From assembly GCA_000091205.1 (NCBI GenBank), contig AP006500.2: DNA of 64,000 bases; one strand, written 5' to 3'. Below, in pieces: positions 1-10,544 of this stretch. The stretch's first letter is position 1; each line of letters opens with the position of its first letter. This DNA comes from Cyanidioschyzon merolae. Its lineage: Eukaryota. A program made the translations under genes and the position numbers. The notes under the pieces were generated by a model. That model ran no database searches. It was not told the DNA's origin and saw nothing but the letters and a program-made list of their open reading frames with translations.

Positions 1-248
1 CGGCCAGACGTGTCGACATCGGGACGCTAACGCTGCCATCAACGTCCGTCGCCCGTTGACAACGGAACTGGGTAGGCAGGATTGACCGGCGTCATTTTAA
101 AGCCTGAGATGAGAGAGCGGAAAAGGAAGCAGTCCCAGAAAAAGCGCACAGTGGCAGGCAGTTGCATCAGTTCAAAAAGAGGCTCAGACGTTAGTAGGCG
201 CGCCCGAGTACGCAATGTGTACACGATGCACTCTTTTCTGACGTGGGT
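1..248 (-). repeat. Copy c of a near-identical dispersed repeat, truncated by the window edge. It is the reverse complement of 5322-5569.
   Basis: The ORF-track peptide at 39..224 (-) is identical to the one at 5346..5531 (+). Reverse-complementing bases 1-60 gives bases 5509-5568 exactly. Homology stops at 248/5322. Confidence 0.85.
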
Positions 249-526
249 CTAACGCATAAGCAATGCCGGAAACCGTTGATGAAAAAATTGGTATGGGTCC
301 GATTCTCTGGAACTCGATATGCTGTAAAGGCTTTGTCTCTTCAGGCGAAGGAAGTCAACGGAGGCCGCTTCTCGGCAAATAAGAAAGTACACGTCGTGCA
401 ATAACGAACGCGCTCTACAATCGGACTAAGGGGCTTCCGTGCTGGCGTTGTCGCGCTTGGTGCTGGTCCGGAACGGTACTGATCGCGGTGGTTCTTCTTG
501 CTGGACGGAACAGTGCAGGTTCCCGA

Positions 527-1720
527 ATGGCAAGTTATGACCCATTTGCTTTGAAAGCAAGCGGTTGTGAGCAGAAAAAACCACCCGCCTGGTTTGAACT
601 AGGCAAAAGTCTGCTAACGCTCACGTTTGCCGCGGGCGCCGATCAAGAACCCTATAGCCCGGACTCATTTTGGATAAACGCCGGATCCGAAACCTCCAGC
701 ACACGGGTCAAGCGAAGCAGGCCCGTTGAAGCCGTTTCCACGACTAGCGCTGGCACCTCTGATGACGTTCGGGCGGCTGGACGGAGCGAAACGGATAGGC
801 AGGTCCCTGTTCAAGAGCCCCGAAACGAGCCGAAAGGTCCCGGCTGCTTCTTCCCGCCGCCAATAGACGACCGAGTTTTGTGTGTTTGCGCTTTTATTGC
901 TCGGAACTTCACAGGTCCTGATATTGAAATCGAGGCCAAGCTGGGAACAGTTATTGATCTGTCCACCAGAGAACGGGCTGTCCTACCTGGCTGCGCCACT
1001 GCGGCCTGCCTCCAAGCCGAGGTGAACAACGTGCTGCGCTTTGAGTCGAAGGTTTCTTTCGATGCATTCAAGCGACTAAACGAAGTCTTAAACAGGACAG
1101 TGGCATCAGCAGTCCGCCATCGCGGACCATTGGTGCGACATTCGCGTTCACGTCAGACGGATCTGCGCTTCTCGTCAGGCTACAGGGAGACGCGTCCGTG
1201 GAGCCGCAGCGAAGGCGAAGCAGAATCCGGAACGAATGCGACCCAAGGCAACGATAAGACGCCTGCCTCGTTCATGTTCAAGACTCGGTTAGAAACGCTG
1301 CATATTCTCTTCCCAAGTCATCCATATGATGTACGCGTGAACGCTGCCCGCGAACAGCAACTGACTCCTGCCGAAGCGGTGCGACTCGGAGACGCTCGAG
1401 GTGTACTCGAAAGTGAACGACTCAAGGATCGTTTATCCTATCGCTGTGGTGAGCTTTCCATCGATATCACCGTGGTGCACCTTCCCAGAGAGTCGCTCAT
1501 GACGTACGAGGTTGAGGTCGAGCTCATCTTCGACAACCGAGCCGACCAGTGCGCAGAACTTGTACAAGTTTGCACGGACTACCGTCAGCGTCTTGAATCC
1601 GCAGCCCCATTGGCGCCCCCAATGGGTCCTTCACCGCCAGCGTTACTCGTCACCATTGCAGAGACTCTATTCAACACGCTAGTGGCTCTGAATAACGTGC
1701 TGGCAAGCATTACCAACTAG
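527..1720 (+). CDS. mRNA-capping RNA 5'-triphosphatase, Cet1-like (triphosphate tunnel metalloenzyme family). Start is the first ATG; the ORF track starts at GTG 488.
   Basis: Motif A ExExKxG is present as DIEIEAKLG. The C-terminal metal-binding motif C is present as YEVEVELIFD. Size is ~400 aa, as in fungal/protozoan Cet1/Prt1-type enzymes. Confidence 0.6.
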   Translation: MASYDPFALKASGCEQKKPPAWFELGKSLLTLTFAAGADQEPYSPDSFWINAGSETSSTRVKRSRPVEAVSTTSAGTSDDVRAAGRSETDRQVPVQEPRNEPKGPGCFFPPPIDDRVLCVCAFIARNFTGPDIEIEAKLGTVIDLSTRERAVLPGCATAACLQAEVNNVLRFESKVSFDAFKRLNEVLNRTVASAVRHRGPLVRHSRSRQTDLRFSSGYRETRPWSRSEGEAESGTNATQGNDKTPASFMFKTRLETLHILFPSHPYDVRVNAAREQQLTPAEAVRLGDARGVLESERLKDRLSYRCGELSIDITVVHLPRESLMTYEVEVELIFDNRADQCAELVQVCTDYRQRLESAAPLAPPMGPSPPALLVTIAETLFNTLVALNNVLASITN

Positions 1721-1795
1721 TCTCCGTGGACGCTCCTGTAACCAAACCCGAACCCTGTGTCAGACGCGTCGGCACAGCGTCCTCTGGGCCGTCGC

Positions 1796-2431
1796 TCAGA
1801 CGACAAGACGGTATGTAACGTAGCGCCCTGCAGTCTCAGAGTTGCGGGTAATCTTAAGCACTTGCCCTCGTGTCACACCAAAGTAACGCGCGACGGGATC
1901 GCTCTGTAGGATGCGCGGCAGCTGCGTGTCCTTGAGCTGGTACCGTTTAAGGAGGGTCTTCTTCTGCTCCGCCGTCAGAACTTCGTGCTTAGGAACCAGC
2001 TGGTGTCGAGTGATATTCACTAAAAGCTCAGCTTCTTGGAAAAGCTCCAGATGAAAGCGCGGTTGGAGCTCTGCCACCGCCTGTTTCGCAATAGGAGTCA
2101 AGCCCGTCTGCACGACGATGATCGCACGAAGTACGTTCTCTGTCTCCAAGCGAAGGCAGTACTCTCGGATGGGCTTCACACCCACCTTCTCCTCTTTGGG
2201 GAAAAAGACGTATATTTGGTTAGAGCGATCGTTGCGATGCTGCCGCAACATGGTAAGAGACTCTCGCGCACGCCCCGCTGCGTCGAACTTGTGTGCGAAC
2301 TCTTCCAACGGCAGTTCCAAGTCAGTTTTCGTCGGTAAAACGAGGTAACCACGGTCTCGTAGCATTTCTAGAATCGTCCGACGAATCCTATGTAAACGAC
2401 GCGTCTCGTCGGCCTGGATGTCGGTGGCCAT
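1796..2431 (-). CDS. RPB5: DNA-directed RNA polymerases I/II/III shared subunit RPB5 (RPABC1).
   Basis: 211 aa with an ATG start (CAT at 2429-2431). The N-terminal jaw domain (LHRIRRTILEMLRDRGY) and C-terminal assembly domain (IIVVQ...TP.AK., HELVPKHEVLT..EK..LL..Y) match RPB5 throughout. Confidence 0.85.
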   Translation of the reverse strand: MATDIQADETRRLHRIRRTILEMLRDRGYLVLPTKTDLELPLEEFAHKFDAAGRARESLTMLRQHRNDRSNQIYVFFPKEEKVGVKPIREYCLRLETENVLRAIIVVQTGLTPIAKQAVAELQPRFHLELFQEAELLVNITRHQLVPKHEVLTAEQKKTLLKRYQLKDTQLPRILQSDPVARYFGVTRGQVLKITRNSETAGRYVTYRLVV

Positions 2432-3815
2432 TGCGACGAACGCACCGCTGCCAAAACAAGTGCAACGATTACGGCGACAACAGTGTTCACGGTGGTCTCG
2501 CGTAGGCCTTTGCGTCGGCTTTAGCTCGGAGCGATATGTTCGGCAGCGAAAACCACAACACCGTCAACGTTAGCGTCTGTGTAGCGAACGCTTCGCAGTA
2601 GCGCTCCCTCGGAACGCGAACACAGTACAATGCTCATCCAGGCTGATATGCGGTCGCGAACGCCCCCGCGATAGCGCTGCCCAGGAGCAAGGAGCCTTTG
2701 ACGGAACGCCTGCTTGACAAACTGCAGAGCTTCGACTGGTGTCACTTACTAAACGCAACCAGTACAAGCCTGATGAAGGTATGCACGCACCCTGCAGTGG
2801 CTGCAGCTTAAGAGAGTCTTGCTCGTGTTTGCGGACGCTCCGGGCAAAGTAGGCCAGGAAGCAGTGCAGCTATCTGGTGACTACGCTGCAGGCCGATGGA
2901 AACGACCTTTTGGAACACGTAGGTGTTGAAGTCCCTGTCTGGCGCTGTTTCATAACCTGAAAGAGGCAGCCAAGCAGCTCAGGGCCATGTTTGACGTTTT
3001 TCGTGGTTTGGACGCTATTTTGGACAAGTTCTTGAGGGCAGTGCGCGGAGCTGCGACACGCTGGTGTTTCCCAAAGTCGCTCGCATACGGGGACAGACAA
3101 TTTGATGCGTCGGTACACTCGTCATGAAGATGCTCGTCGCCTGGACGGGAGTATTTCGGGAAGGATGCGGATAAATCGAGGCCACGTGCCCCGTTTCGCT
3201 TCGGGAGTACCCGCGAGCCACTGGGCAGCAGCAAAGTACCCGACGCTTACGTAGCGTCGATCGCACGTCCCGCGAGTCGCACTGCTGCAGTAGTGCCGAT
3301 GCGGCAACCAGCAACCTGCAACACTGTGTACTACGGATAGCCGCTCGCTGACGGTGCCTCAGCGATGGACCTGGAAACAGCGGAACGCCGGTCGTGTGCT
3401 GTGGTCTGCCTACTTCACTCGAATGCATTGGGGAGCTGTCGGAGAGCAGGGAAATCGCGGTGTCCGCGAGCAGTGTGCCGCGTTCCATGTAACGATTTCA
3501 CTCGTATGTACACTCGTGAGCGCGTCGACGTTGGGCAATATGCTTCGAATCTGGGCCACGGAAAACAAGAAGCTGGAAAGGTTTCGAAGCAGATCACTTC
3601 GCAACCACGAACTGTCTCTTGTCTGAAACTTGGATGCTTTACGTATTTACGGATCCGCCGAAGCGTTTCCGCAGCTCTTCTGAGTTGCACAGATACGAAA
3701 ACCGTTCCATCAAATCCGCCTAGACAAAGCGCACACTATCTAGTCGCCATATAAAAGTGATACCGAATCCGAAGGATGCTTGTGCAATCACCGTCTCTCA
3801 TTCGTCCGGACCAGC

Positions 3816-5117
3816 TCAATGCCGAGATTTGTATTCCTGGTTGAGATCGTCGACTCCAAACTCAAAAGCAACCTCTGCCTCGGCTTCCGCCAAATCCGCT
3901 GGTGTCATCATCTCGTCTATCATGACGTCAGCCTTTTTCTCCCAACGCAGCGCCCAGCAACGTATTAGCTGCACAAGGAGCCAAGCCAGCAGAACAGATG
4001 CTGTCAACGTAGCGATCACAAACAGTACGATCCCGTAGAGAGGCCACCCGTTGGATTCTCCGAGATCGCATCCATCGTTCGTGCACAACAGCATCTGAAG
4101 CGTCCGGTTCCCGAGCGAATGTATCGCAATACCGGGAGCCAGTGTTGGATAAAGGAGCGCGTCCGCAGGATCCGCTGTTTCCACGAAGAATGCACTGTCG
4201 TTCGCCGCGCAAACAGGCGAACAGGTACGCTTCAGAGAGTAATGATCCGAAACGGATGGCCTCAGAAAATAAATAGACTGTTCCGGCGTGTATTTGCTGG
4301 GGGCATAGAGACTCGGTAACTCGCTCAAAACTGATGTCGATGCAAAGTATAGCTCATCGGAGGTGACGAAACGCGGGACCAAGTCCTGGTGGTGCACAAA
4401 CGCACCCAATGATACCAGCGGCAGGAAGCCGTCATGGCCACGCTCAGGAGATCCGTACAAGAAAATATCAAAGAAGGTCGATGCTTCGTCGTTATTGTCG
4501 TCGACGAGAAAAGCAGGCTGGTTGACGGCGTTCGCACGAATGAGACCTGTGAAGCCCAGCACTATCGCCGCCGCTCGTAGAACAACCGTCGGAAGATCGT
4601 ATTCATCTGGCGGTGGTTTGCCGTCTGTTCCCAGATAGAACCGATTCGCAGAGCGCAGGTACACCCAGCACTGAAGCGAGTCCGAGTTCACTGGCTTGAA
4701 CAGGTACTCCTGCACCGCTTGGGTTGAGGCAAGCTGGTAAGAGCCGCTCGCATAGAACGGTCGAACACCTGCTTGCGTCGATACGAACGACTGGGTCACA
4801 TAAAATAGCTCGGTCTCGCGCGTTGCTTGATCCTTCAGAAATTGAGTTGACTCGTTGATGAAGGAGAAGTTACATGTTACCGTCTGTGCTCGCAGACCTG
4901 GATATTGCTGTGGCCAAATTTGCAGCGAATAGTTTATCGCGTCGTACCGTTGCTTTAGCACCGTCTGATTGGTGACGCCATCTTCGGAGTACACTGAAAA
5001 CTCCCAGAAAGGTCGACTAAGTCCAAGTGCAGTCCACCGCTGGAAGACCAGCAGCGAAACGAGGCCGAGCCGCAGTAGCCAGCGCCAGGAAGCTGCTGAG
5101 CCTGTGGTTGCTGCCAT
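3816..5117 (-). CDS. Hypothetical type I membrane glycoprotein, with an N-terminal signal peptide and a single C-terminal TM helix. Start is the first ATG; the ORF track extends to GTG at 5327.
   Basis: Long single ORF. From the internal Met there is a hydrophobic N-terminus (MAATTGSAASWRWLLRLGLVSLLVF). A C-terminal TM segment (LYGIVLFVIATLTASVLLAWLLV) is followed by a charged tail. No family recognised. Confidence 0.45.
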   Translation of the reverse strand: MAATTGSAASWRWLLRLGLVSLLVFQRWTALGLSRPFWEFSVYSEDGVTNQTVLKQRYDAINYSLQIWPQQYPGLRAQTVTCNFSFINESTQFLKDQATRETELFYVTQSFVSTQAGVRPFYASGSYQLASTQAVQEYLFKPVNSDSLQCWVYLRSANRFYLGTDGKPPPDEYDLPTVVLRAAAIVLGFTGLIRANAVNQPAFLVDDNNDEASTFFDIFLYGSPERGHDGFLPLVSLGAFVHHQDLVPRFVTSDELYFASTSVLSELPSLYAPSKYTPEQSIYFLRPSVSDHYSLKRTCSPVCAANDSAFFVETADPADALLYPTLAPGIAIHSLGNRTLQMLLCTNDGCDLGESNGWPLYGIVLFVIATLTASVLLAWLLVQLIRCWALRWEKKADVMIDEMMTPADLAEAEAEVAFEFGVDDLNQEYKSRH

Positions 5118-5246
5118 GATGGAGCCAGCAGACTGCGGCCTCGTACAAGCTTGTTCTGACGAGTGATCTTCGTCGACAGCGAGTGTGGGTTGTTCTTGTA
5201 CACGAGGACGTAGCAAAGGAGTGCCTGAAATAGCCGGCAAACACCT

Positions 5247-5263
5247 ACACACACACACACGAA
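5247..5263. repeat. (CA)n microsatellite.
   Basis: acacacacacacac run at ~5249-5262. Confidence 0.6.
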
Positions 5264-5321
5264 CGCAGGTAGCACGGTCCAACACAACAGCTCGCCGACG
5301 AGATTTTCGCGATGCCAGTAC

Positions 5322-6695
5322 ACCCACGTCAGAAAAGAGTGCATCGTGTACACATTGCGTACTCGGGCGCGCCTACTAACGTCTGAGCCTCTTTTTGAAC
5401 TGATGCAACTGCCTGCCACTGTGCGCTTTTTCTGGGACTGCTTCCTTTTCCGCTCTCTCATCTCAGGCTTTAAAATGACGCCGGTCAATCCTGCCTACCC
5501 AGTTCCGTTGTCAACGGGCGACGGACGTTGATGGCAGCGTTAGCGTCCCGATGTCGACACGTCTGGCCGTTGCAGACGCTGTTCGTTCATGGGCAGAAGT
5601 TGCGATCCACGCTTCAGGTGTTCTCTCTGTCTAGTTTGGACGCGGGCGCTGGACGCCGTTCCGCGCGTTGACCCTTGACAGTGGTCAGGTGTTCCGAGAC
5701 ACCCACTACACCTCGCAGCGTTAACCTGTGGCGGGTGGACGCTTGCTTCACCGCTCGGTGCCTGGCCTTGACGGGTACAGAAGGCGCCAGTGGGTGCTCT
5801 CGTACGTTTCCACACCTGGCGCTATGCCTCGCGATCACCTGCTTCGCCTGGGCGACTCCCTAGGCGGGAGCGCTGTCTGCTGCACACGCAGGCGCACTGT
5901 GTCGCACTCCATGGAGGATTTGTGGAACGCGATATTGTCCACGATGAGAAGAGCACCGGGAGCTCCATCCAGGGCGCCGAGCGAGCTGAGCGATGTCCAT
6001 CGGTGAACGCTGACGCCGTGTAAAGCGCTGGTACGCGCTCCACCGGAGACGGTCGCTGCGATGACCTCTGGCCGAGGTCAGGACATTTTTCCGTGCAACC
6101 GGAAAAGACTGGAGCTTTCGGGAATACATGCCCTGAAGGGTCTCGTGCTCGCGTCGAATGCCATGTCTTTGGCGGTTCCAAATAGAGGCTGATTTGGCTT
6201 TCGAACGGAATCGATTGTATGATGACCAGAGGTCAGTGATTTTCTGACCCGAGCCCGTGAGCGAGCCGTCAAGCGACGTCATCGTGTTAGCCTTGTCTGT
6301 GTAGACGATGTTGCCCGTTGCTGAGCGCCGACTCTGCTACGAAACAGAGTGCTCGAGAACGCGAAGAATGCGCGATTGAGGCATCCGCTAGACGCTGGGA
6401 AGGGAGAAGCGTGGATGCTCATCCGAATGACAGGGAAATTGAAGTGTAATACTCTGCGAAGCCTTATTCGATAGCAACGCGAATCATGTTGATTCCGGTG
6501 ACGGACCCGCTTCCGTCTGGGAAGCGTTGTGGTGTTCATTCCGAAAGGACAACCGCAAATCGTAAAACTGTTTACGAATCCATACATCCTTATTGCTGGA
6601 CTCTGATTATCCAGGCTGCACATCAGAAAAACAGCCTCGGAAGACCCCAATGGCAGAAACTGGGCGAGCAACTCCCTTTTCCTTTCTAGTCTGAC
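5322..6695 (+). repeat. Copy a of the dispersed repeat, and the longest copy. Its first 248 bp form an inverted repeat with 1-248. Bases 5448-6695 are a direct repeat of 10545-11793.
   Basis: Paired ORF-track entries are offset by 5098 bp with near-identical peptides, differing by 1-2 residues (5540..5815 vs 10638..10913, 5860..6282 vs 10958..11380, etc.). No convincing coding potential. Confidence 0.85.
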
Positions 6696-7931
6696 ACAGG
6701 TGTAGCAGCATGGACAAATTCTCCGATCCAGGAAAGCGCGTTTTCGCCAAGGCACAACCCGCTTTGACACGGCAGGTCTTTCAGGAGCGGGAACGTTCGA
6801 ATGGTAACCGTCTCTCCTCTCTCGCGCTCTGTGGAGAGTGGGGTCTGGATGTGTTCCGCTCAACCGAAAAGGCTCCACTACAATCTCTGTTCGCATTTGC
6901 GCCTCGACAGAATTTACCGGGATTTCATCTCCCAAATTCTTTATCATGGCTTAAGATCGATGTATCTGACATGTATCGCTTGGATGCGCGACTACCGCCA
7001 GTGCCCAATGGAAGAGAATTGCGTTGTTCCACACCAGCAGCGGTTCACGCGTCGCTCCCCGCGGGAAACGAGTGGCGAGCGCAATGACCAGAGCCTGAGG
7101 AGACAGGAGGCTGGAGCTCGCCGCACAGGCAGGTATCGGATATTTCGCTGCGTCGAACGATCCTCGATGAATCGTTTTCCGTGTGCAAAGCGCAAGGGTT
7201 TCTCGGGCGAGTCGGCGCACTGGTGCCGTCCTCAACTCGGCCAGAAAGCGCGCCACTGCCCTGGCATGCACAGCGGAACCAGCAAGCTCCACATTCGACA
7301 AGGTCCATTCGGCAAGTCCCTGCAGATTATTTCAGATGGACCAATACAGTCCGTAACCAGGAAGTTAACCATCATTCCATTACATATTCTTCGACGTTAT
7401 ATCAGATCACGACTTGTCTTTCCCTCCATCATAGATACTTCATGAATCTATCGCCCGTTCGGGTGCCCAGCCTGTGCCAGTCACTTGCTGTGTCGCTGGA
7501 TGCGCCGTCGCCGGGTGCGACGCATGCAGACAGGACACCAACGCGACGCTTTCCTAGCAGTTGGTTCGGAGAGGTCCGACTCTGTGCCGCCGTGCGAAGC
7601 ATTCGCTTCGGGTCTGCAACCCCAAACTTGAACACGACTCTGGGTCCAGCGGGTGTTTCAGAGGACGCTGTCGGTTTATGCCTCGCGCTTCCCTGGTTGC
7701 CGATGGGCATCGCGCAGCCGGGCGAATGCCGCTTCGATGCACTTCCGGGTACACCGCCCCGTACATGCAGTAATCGAAATCGCGCGCGCACAGATGCATG
7801 CGTTTCCCGCCAGAAAGACGCTGCCGTAGGCGGCAATCGCACGGCAGCACGCGCGATCCCCATCCGCTTGTATCCCGAGCGCTTTGAGCGTTCTCTTGGA
7901 CTGTGTTCCTCACTGCGAACGTGTCTCCGGA

Positions 7932-10424
7932 ATGGCCACTGAACTAGCATACCGACTGCCATTTGATAGTCTGAACTTGGGTAGTAACCCTCAGCAAAGC
8001 TTGCGGGCGCTCGGTGGCTCACAACCTTCAGACTCTCGCGGTGGGGCGGGCCGGAGTCGTAGCAGTCCTGCGAACACGTACTCGACGGACGTGGAAGTCC
8101 TCGTCCACTTCTTTCAGACTTTTGTGGATGATCGTGAGGCAAACCCGAGCTTGGGCAGCGACAGTCTGGACAGGGATGCCGACGGGACTCGCCACACGGC
8201 CGCTGGCTCCGAAGCGGCTGAGGAGCCCGCTGCGCTAGGCGAGCGGCAGAACTTGCGAGGCGTCGCGCCAAAGTACCTGCGCCATCTGCAAAAAATTGTC
8301 GACCGCGACTCCAAAATACTTGCTGTTGAGCTGGATGACTTGTTCACGGCTCATGAGGAAACGCTCGCTATGCGCATCCAGCTGAACACCAAGCGGTACA
8401 TTGAAATCTTGTCTCAGGCTGCGGACGCCATTATCGCCACGTTGCGACCGAGTAGGCTGCTGGCTTTGGACACTCTAGACCTATTGATGCAGCAGCGGGA
8501 GCAAAACGAACAGGAGAACCGTCTCGAAGACCAGGAGCTTTTCGGTAATGCCGGTGCTGGTGCTGGTGCAGCAGACGAAGATCCCTACAAGCGCATTCCC
8601 CCGCTTTTGGCGCGGCGCTATCAGGTGCAGCTGGTCCCTGCATCAGAGGACAAACCGTTCCGGATCCGTGATGTGCGAGCTGAGCATGTTGGCCGGCTTG
8701 TGCAAGTCAGTGGCATCGTAACGCGCGTGCTCGATGTGCGCCCACTCGTTCAGGTTGCCATTTATGTCTGCGATGCCTGCGGTACGGAGTATTACCAACC
8801 GATACCGGGACGACAATATATGCCCCTTTTCTTTTGCTCAAAGCAAGAATGCATGCGTTCCGCCACCGGAGGCGGGCGTCTCATTCCCCAGTATCGTGCT
8901 TTCAAATATAGCAAGTTCCAAGAGATTCGCATTCAAGAGCCCGCGCACGATGTTCCCGTTGGTAGCATTCCACGAACGTTAACTGTTCTGTTGCAAGGCG
9001 AACTCTCGAATGCTTGCGCAGCTGGCGACCACATTACGGTGGCCGGTATTTTTTTGCCAACGCTCGTGTCTGGCTTTCGCGCGTTCAAGCAGGGACTCCT
9101 GTCGGACACCTACCTCGAAGCCACTTTCATTCGGCAACAAAAACGGGACTACAAGGATTATCAGCGGGAAATAGCCCGCAATCAGCTCATTCAGGCTCGG
9201 ATTGCTGAACTCGCCAGTACCGCTGGAGTTTATGATCGGCTCGCGCGCTCCATTGCTCCAGAAATCTACGGGCACGAGGATGTCAAAAAAGCGCTCCTTC
9301 TGCAACTGGTAGGCGCACCGACCCGTGAACTTGCTGATGGGATGCGCCTGCGCGGTGATATACACGTATGCCTCATGGGCGATCCCGGTGTCGCCAAGTC
9401 GCAGCTGCTTCGCTACATCTGCAATGTAGCACCGCGAGGCGTCTACACTACGGGCAAGGGCTCGAGTGGTGTGGGCCTCACCGCAGCCGTTCTCCGTGAC
9501 TCCAATACCGGTGATGTGACGTTAGAAGGCGGCGCCCTCGTCATGGCTGACTGCGGCATCGCATGCATCGATGAATTCGACAAAATGGATGAGATTGATC
9601 GCACCTATATCCATGAGGTCATGGAGCAACAGACAGTCTCGATCGCCAAAGCTGGTATTACGACTTCGCTGAATGCACGGGCGGCCGTTCTCGCAGCAGC
9701 GAATCCAGTTCAGGGCCGTTATAATCGACGACGCTCAGCCGCCGAAAATATCAACATGCCAGCAGCACTGCTGTCGCGCTTTGATCTGTTGTTCCTCATG
9801 CTCGATGCACCCGATCAGGACAAGGACCTGGCTCTTGCCCGACATGTGACGTACGTGCACCGGACGGGCGAGGCCCCAGAACTCGGATTCGAACCAGCGT
9901 CACCCGACTTGCTGCGAGCCTACGTTGCGCAGGCTCGACAGTGTGTGCCCGTAGTACCGTCCGAGTTGACGGCCTATGTCGTAGAACACTACGTAGCGCT
10001 ACGCGCTGATGATAAGCAGCGCCGCTGGTTGCCTCGCGGCCACACGACTGCTCGCACGTTGCTGAGCATCCTACGACTTGCACAGGCACTCGCTCGGCTG
10101 CGCTTTTCCAACCTTGTTTCGCGCGAAGATATTGATGAAGCTGTGCGACTGCTCAACTGCTCCAAGGCCTCTCTGGACGATCCGAGCGAGGCAGGTGGCC
10201 ATCGGAACTTGCACGAGCTGGACGCGACAACGCGGATCTATCTACTCATCCGCGACCATGCTGCTGACCGGGGCGAGCGCTCGGTGCCCATTGCGGACAT
10301 CCTCGAGCAGGCCCTGCAGCAAGGTTTCACTAGCCAACAGTTCTACACCGCGCTGAGTGAATACGAAGACATCAATATCTGGTCGGTGGACTCGAACCGT
10401 ACCCGCATTACATTCACGGTGTGA
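7932..10424 (+). CDS. MCM7: DNA replication licensing factor MCM7. Start is the first ATG; the ORF track starts at TTG 7884.
   Basis: The zinc finger CDACGTEYYQPI...CSKQEC is followed by GGRL...FQEIRIQE...VPVGSIPR...GDHITVAGIFLP, closely matching metazoan MCM7. Walker A is GDPGVAKSQLL. The MCM box IDEFDKMD and arginine-finger region SRFDLLF are present. 830 aa. Confidence 0.92.
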   Translation: MATELAYRLPFDSLNLGSNPQQSLRALGGSQPSDSRGGAGRSRSSPANTYSTDVEVLVHFFQTFVDDREANPSLGSDSLDRDADGTRHTAAGSEAAEEPAALGERQNLRGVAPKYLRHLQKIVDRDSKILAVELDDLFTAHEETLAMRIQLNTKRYIEILSQAADAIIATLRPSRLLALDTLDLLMQQREQNEQENRLEDQELFGNAGAGAGAADEDPYKRIPPLLARRYQVQLVPASEDKPFRIRDVRAEHVGRLVQVSGIVTRVLDVRPLVQVAIYVCDACGTEYYQPIPGRQYMPLFFCSKQECMRSATGGGRLIPQYRAFKYSKFQEIRIQEPAHDVPVGSIPRTLTVLLQGELSNACAAGDHITVAGIFLPTLVSGFRAFKQGLLSDTYLEATFIRQQKRDYKDYQREIARNQLIQARIAELASTAGVYDRLARSIAPEIYGHEDVKKALLLQLVGAPTRELADGMRLRGDIHVCLMGDPGVAKSQLLRYICNVAPRGVYTTGKGSSGVGLTAAVLRDSNTGDVTLEGGALVMADCGIACIDEFDKMDEIDRTYIHEVMEQQTVSIAKAGITTSLNARAAVLAAANPVQGRYNRRRSAAENINMPAALLSRFDLLFLMLDAPDQDKDLALARHVTYVHRTGEAPELGFEPASPDLLRAYVAQARQCVPVVPSELTAYVVEHYVALRADDKQRRWLPRGHTTARTLLSILRLAQALARLRFSNLVSREDIDEAVRLLNCSKASLDDPSEAGGHRNLHELDATTRIYLLIRDHAADRGERSVPIADILEQALQQGFTSQQFYTALSEYEDINIWSVDSNRTRITFTV

Positions 10425-10544
10425 ACGTTCGCCTGCCTAGTCAAGACCAATGCCAGAATAATATGGAACGCGTCCCCCATCTCGGGCGTTCACATGAACG
10501 ACTGGATCTGTTTCTAATGTCGTCAGCACCAGGCTTTGCGGCCA

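Noticed and set aside
39-224. 61-aa ORF duplicated at 5346..5531.
   Set aside because: Identical only because it lies in the inverted repeat. Its initiator is GTG (5346-5348), an artefact of the ORF finder.
6279-6947. 222-aa ORF on the - strand inside repeat copy a, with its 145-aa counterpart at 11377..11814 in copy b.
   Set aside because: The two copies diverge exactly at the repeat boundary, so the N-terminus is not part of a conserved gene. No homology recognised. Treated as a noncoding repeat.
7429-8271. 280-aa ORF on the - strand overlapping the MCM7 5' end.
   Set aside because: Antisense to MCM7. Arg/Ser/Pro-rich composition typical of GC-rich out-of-frame translation.
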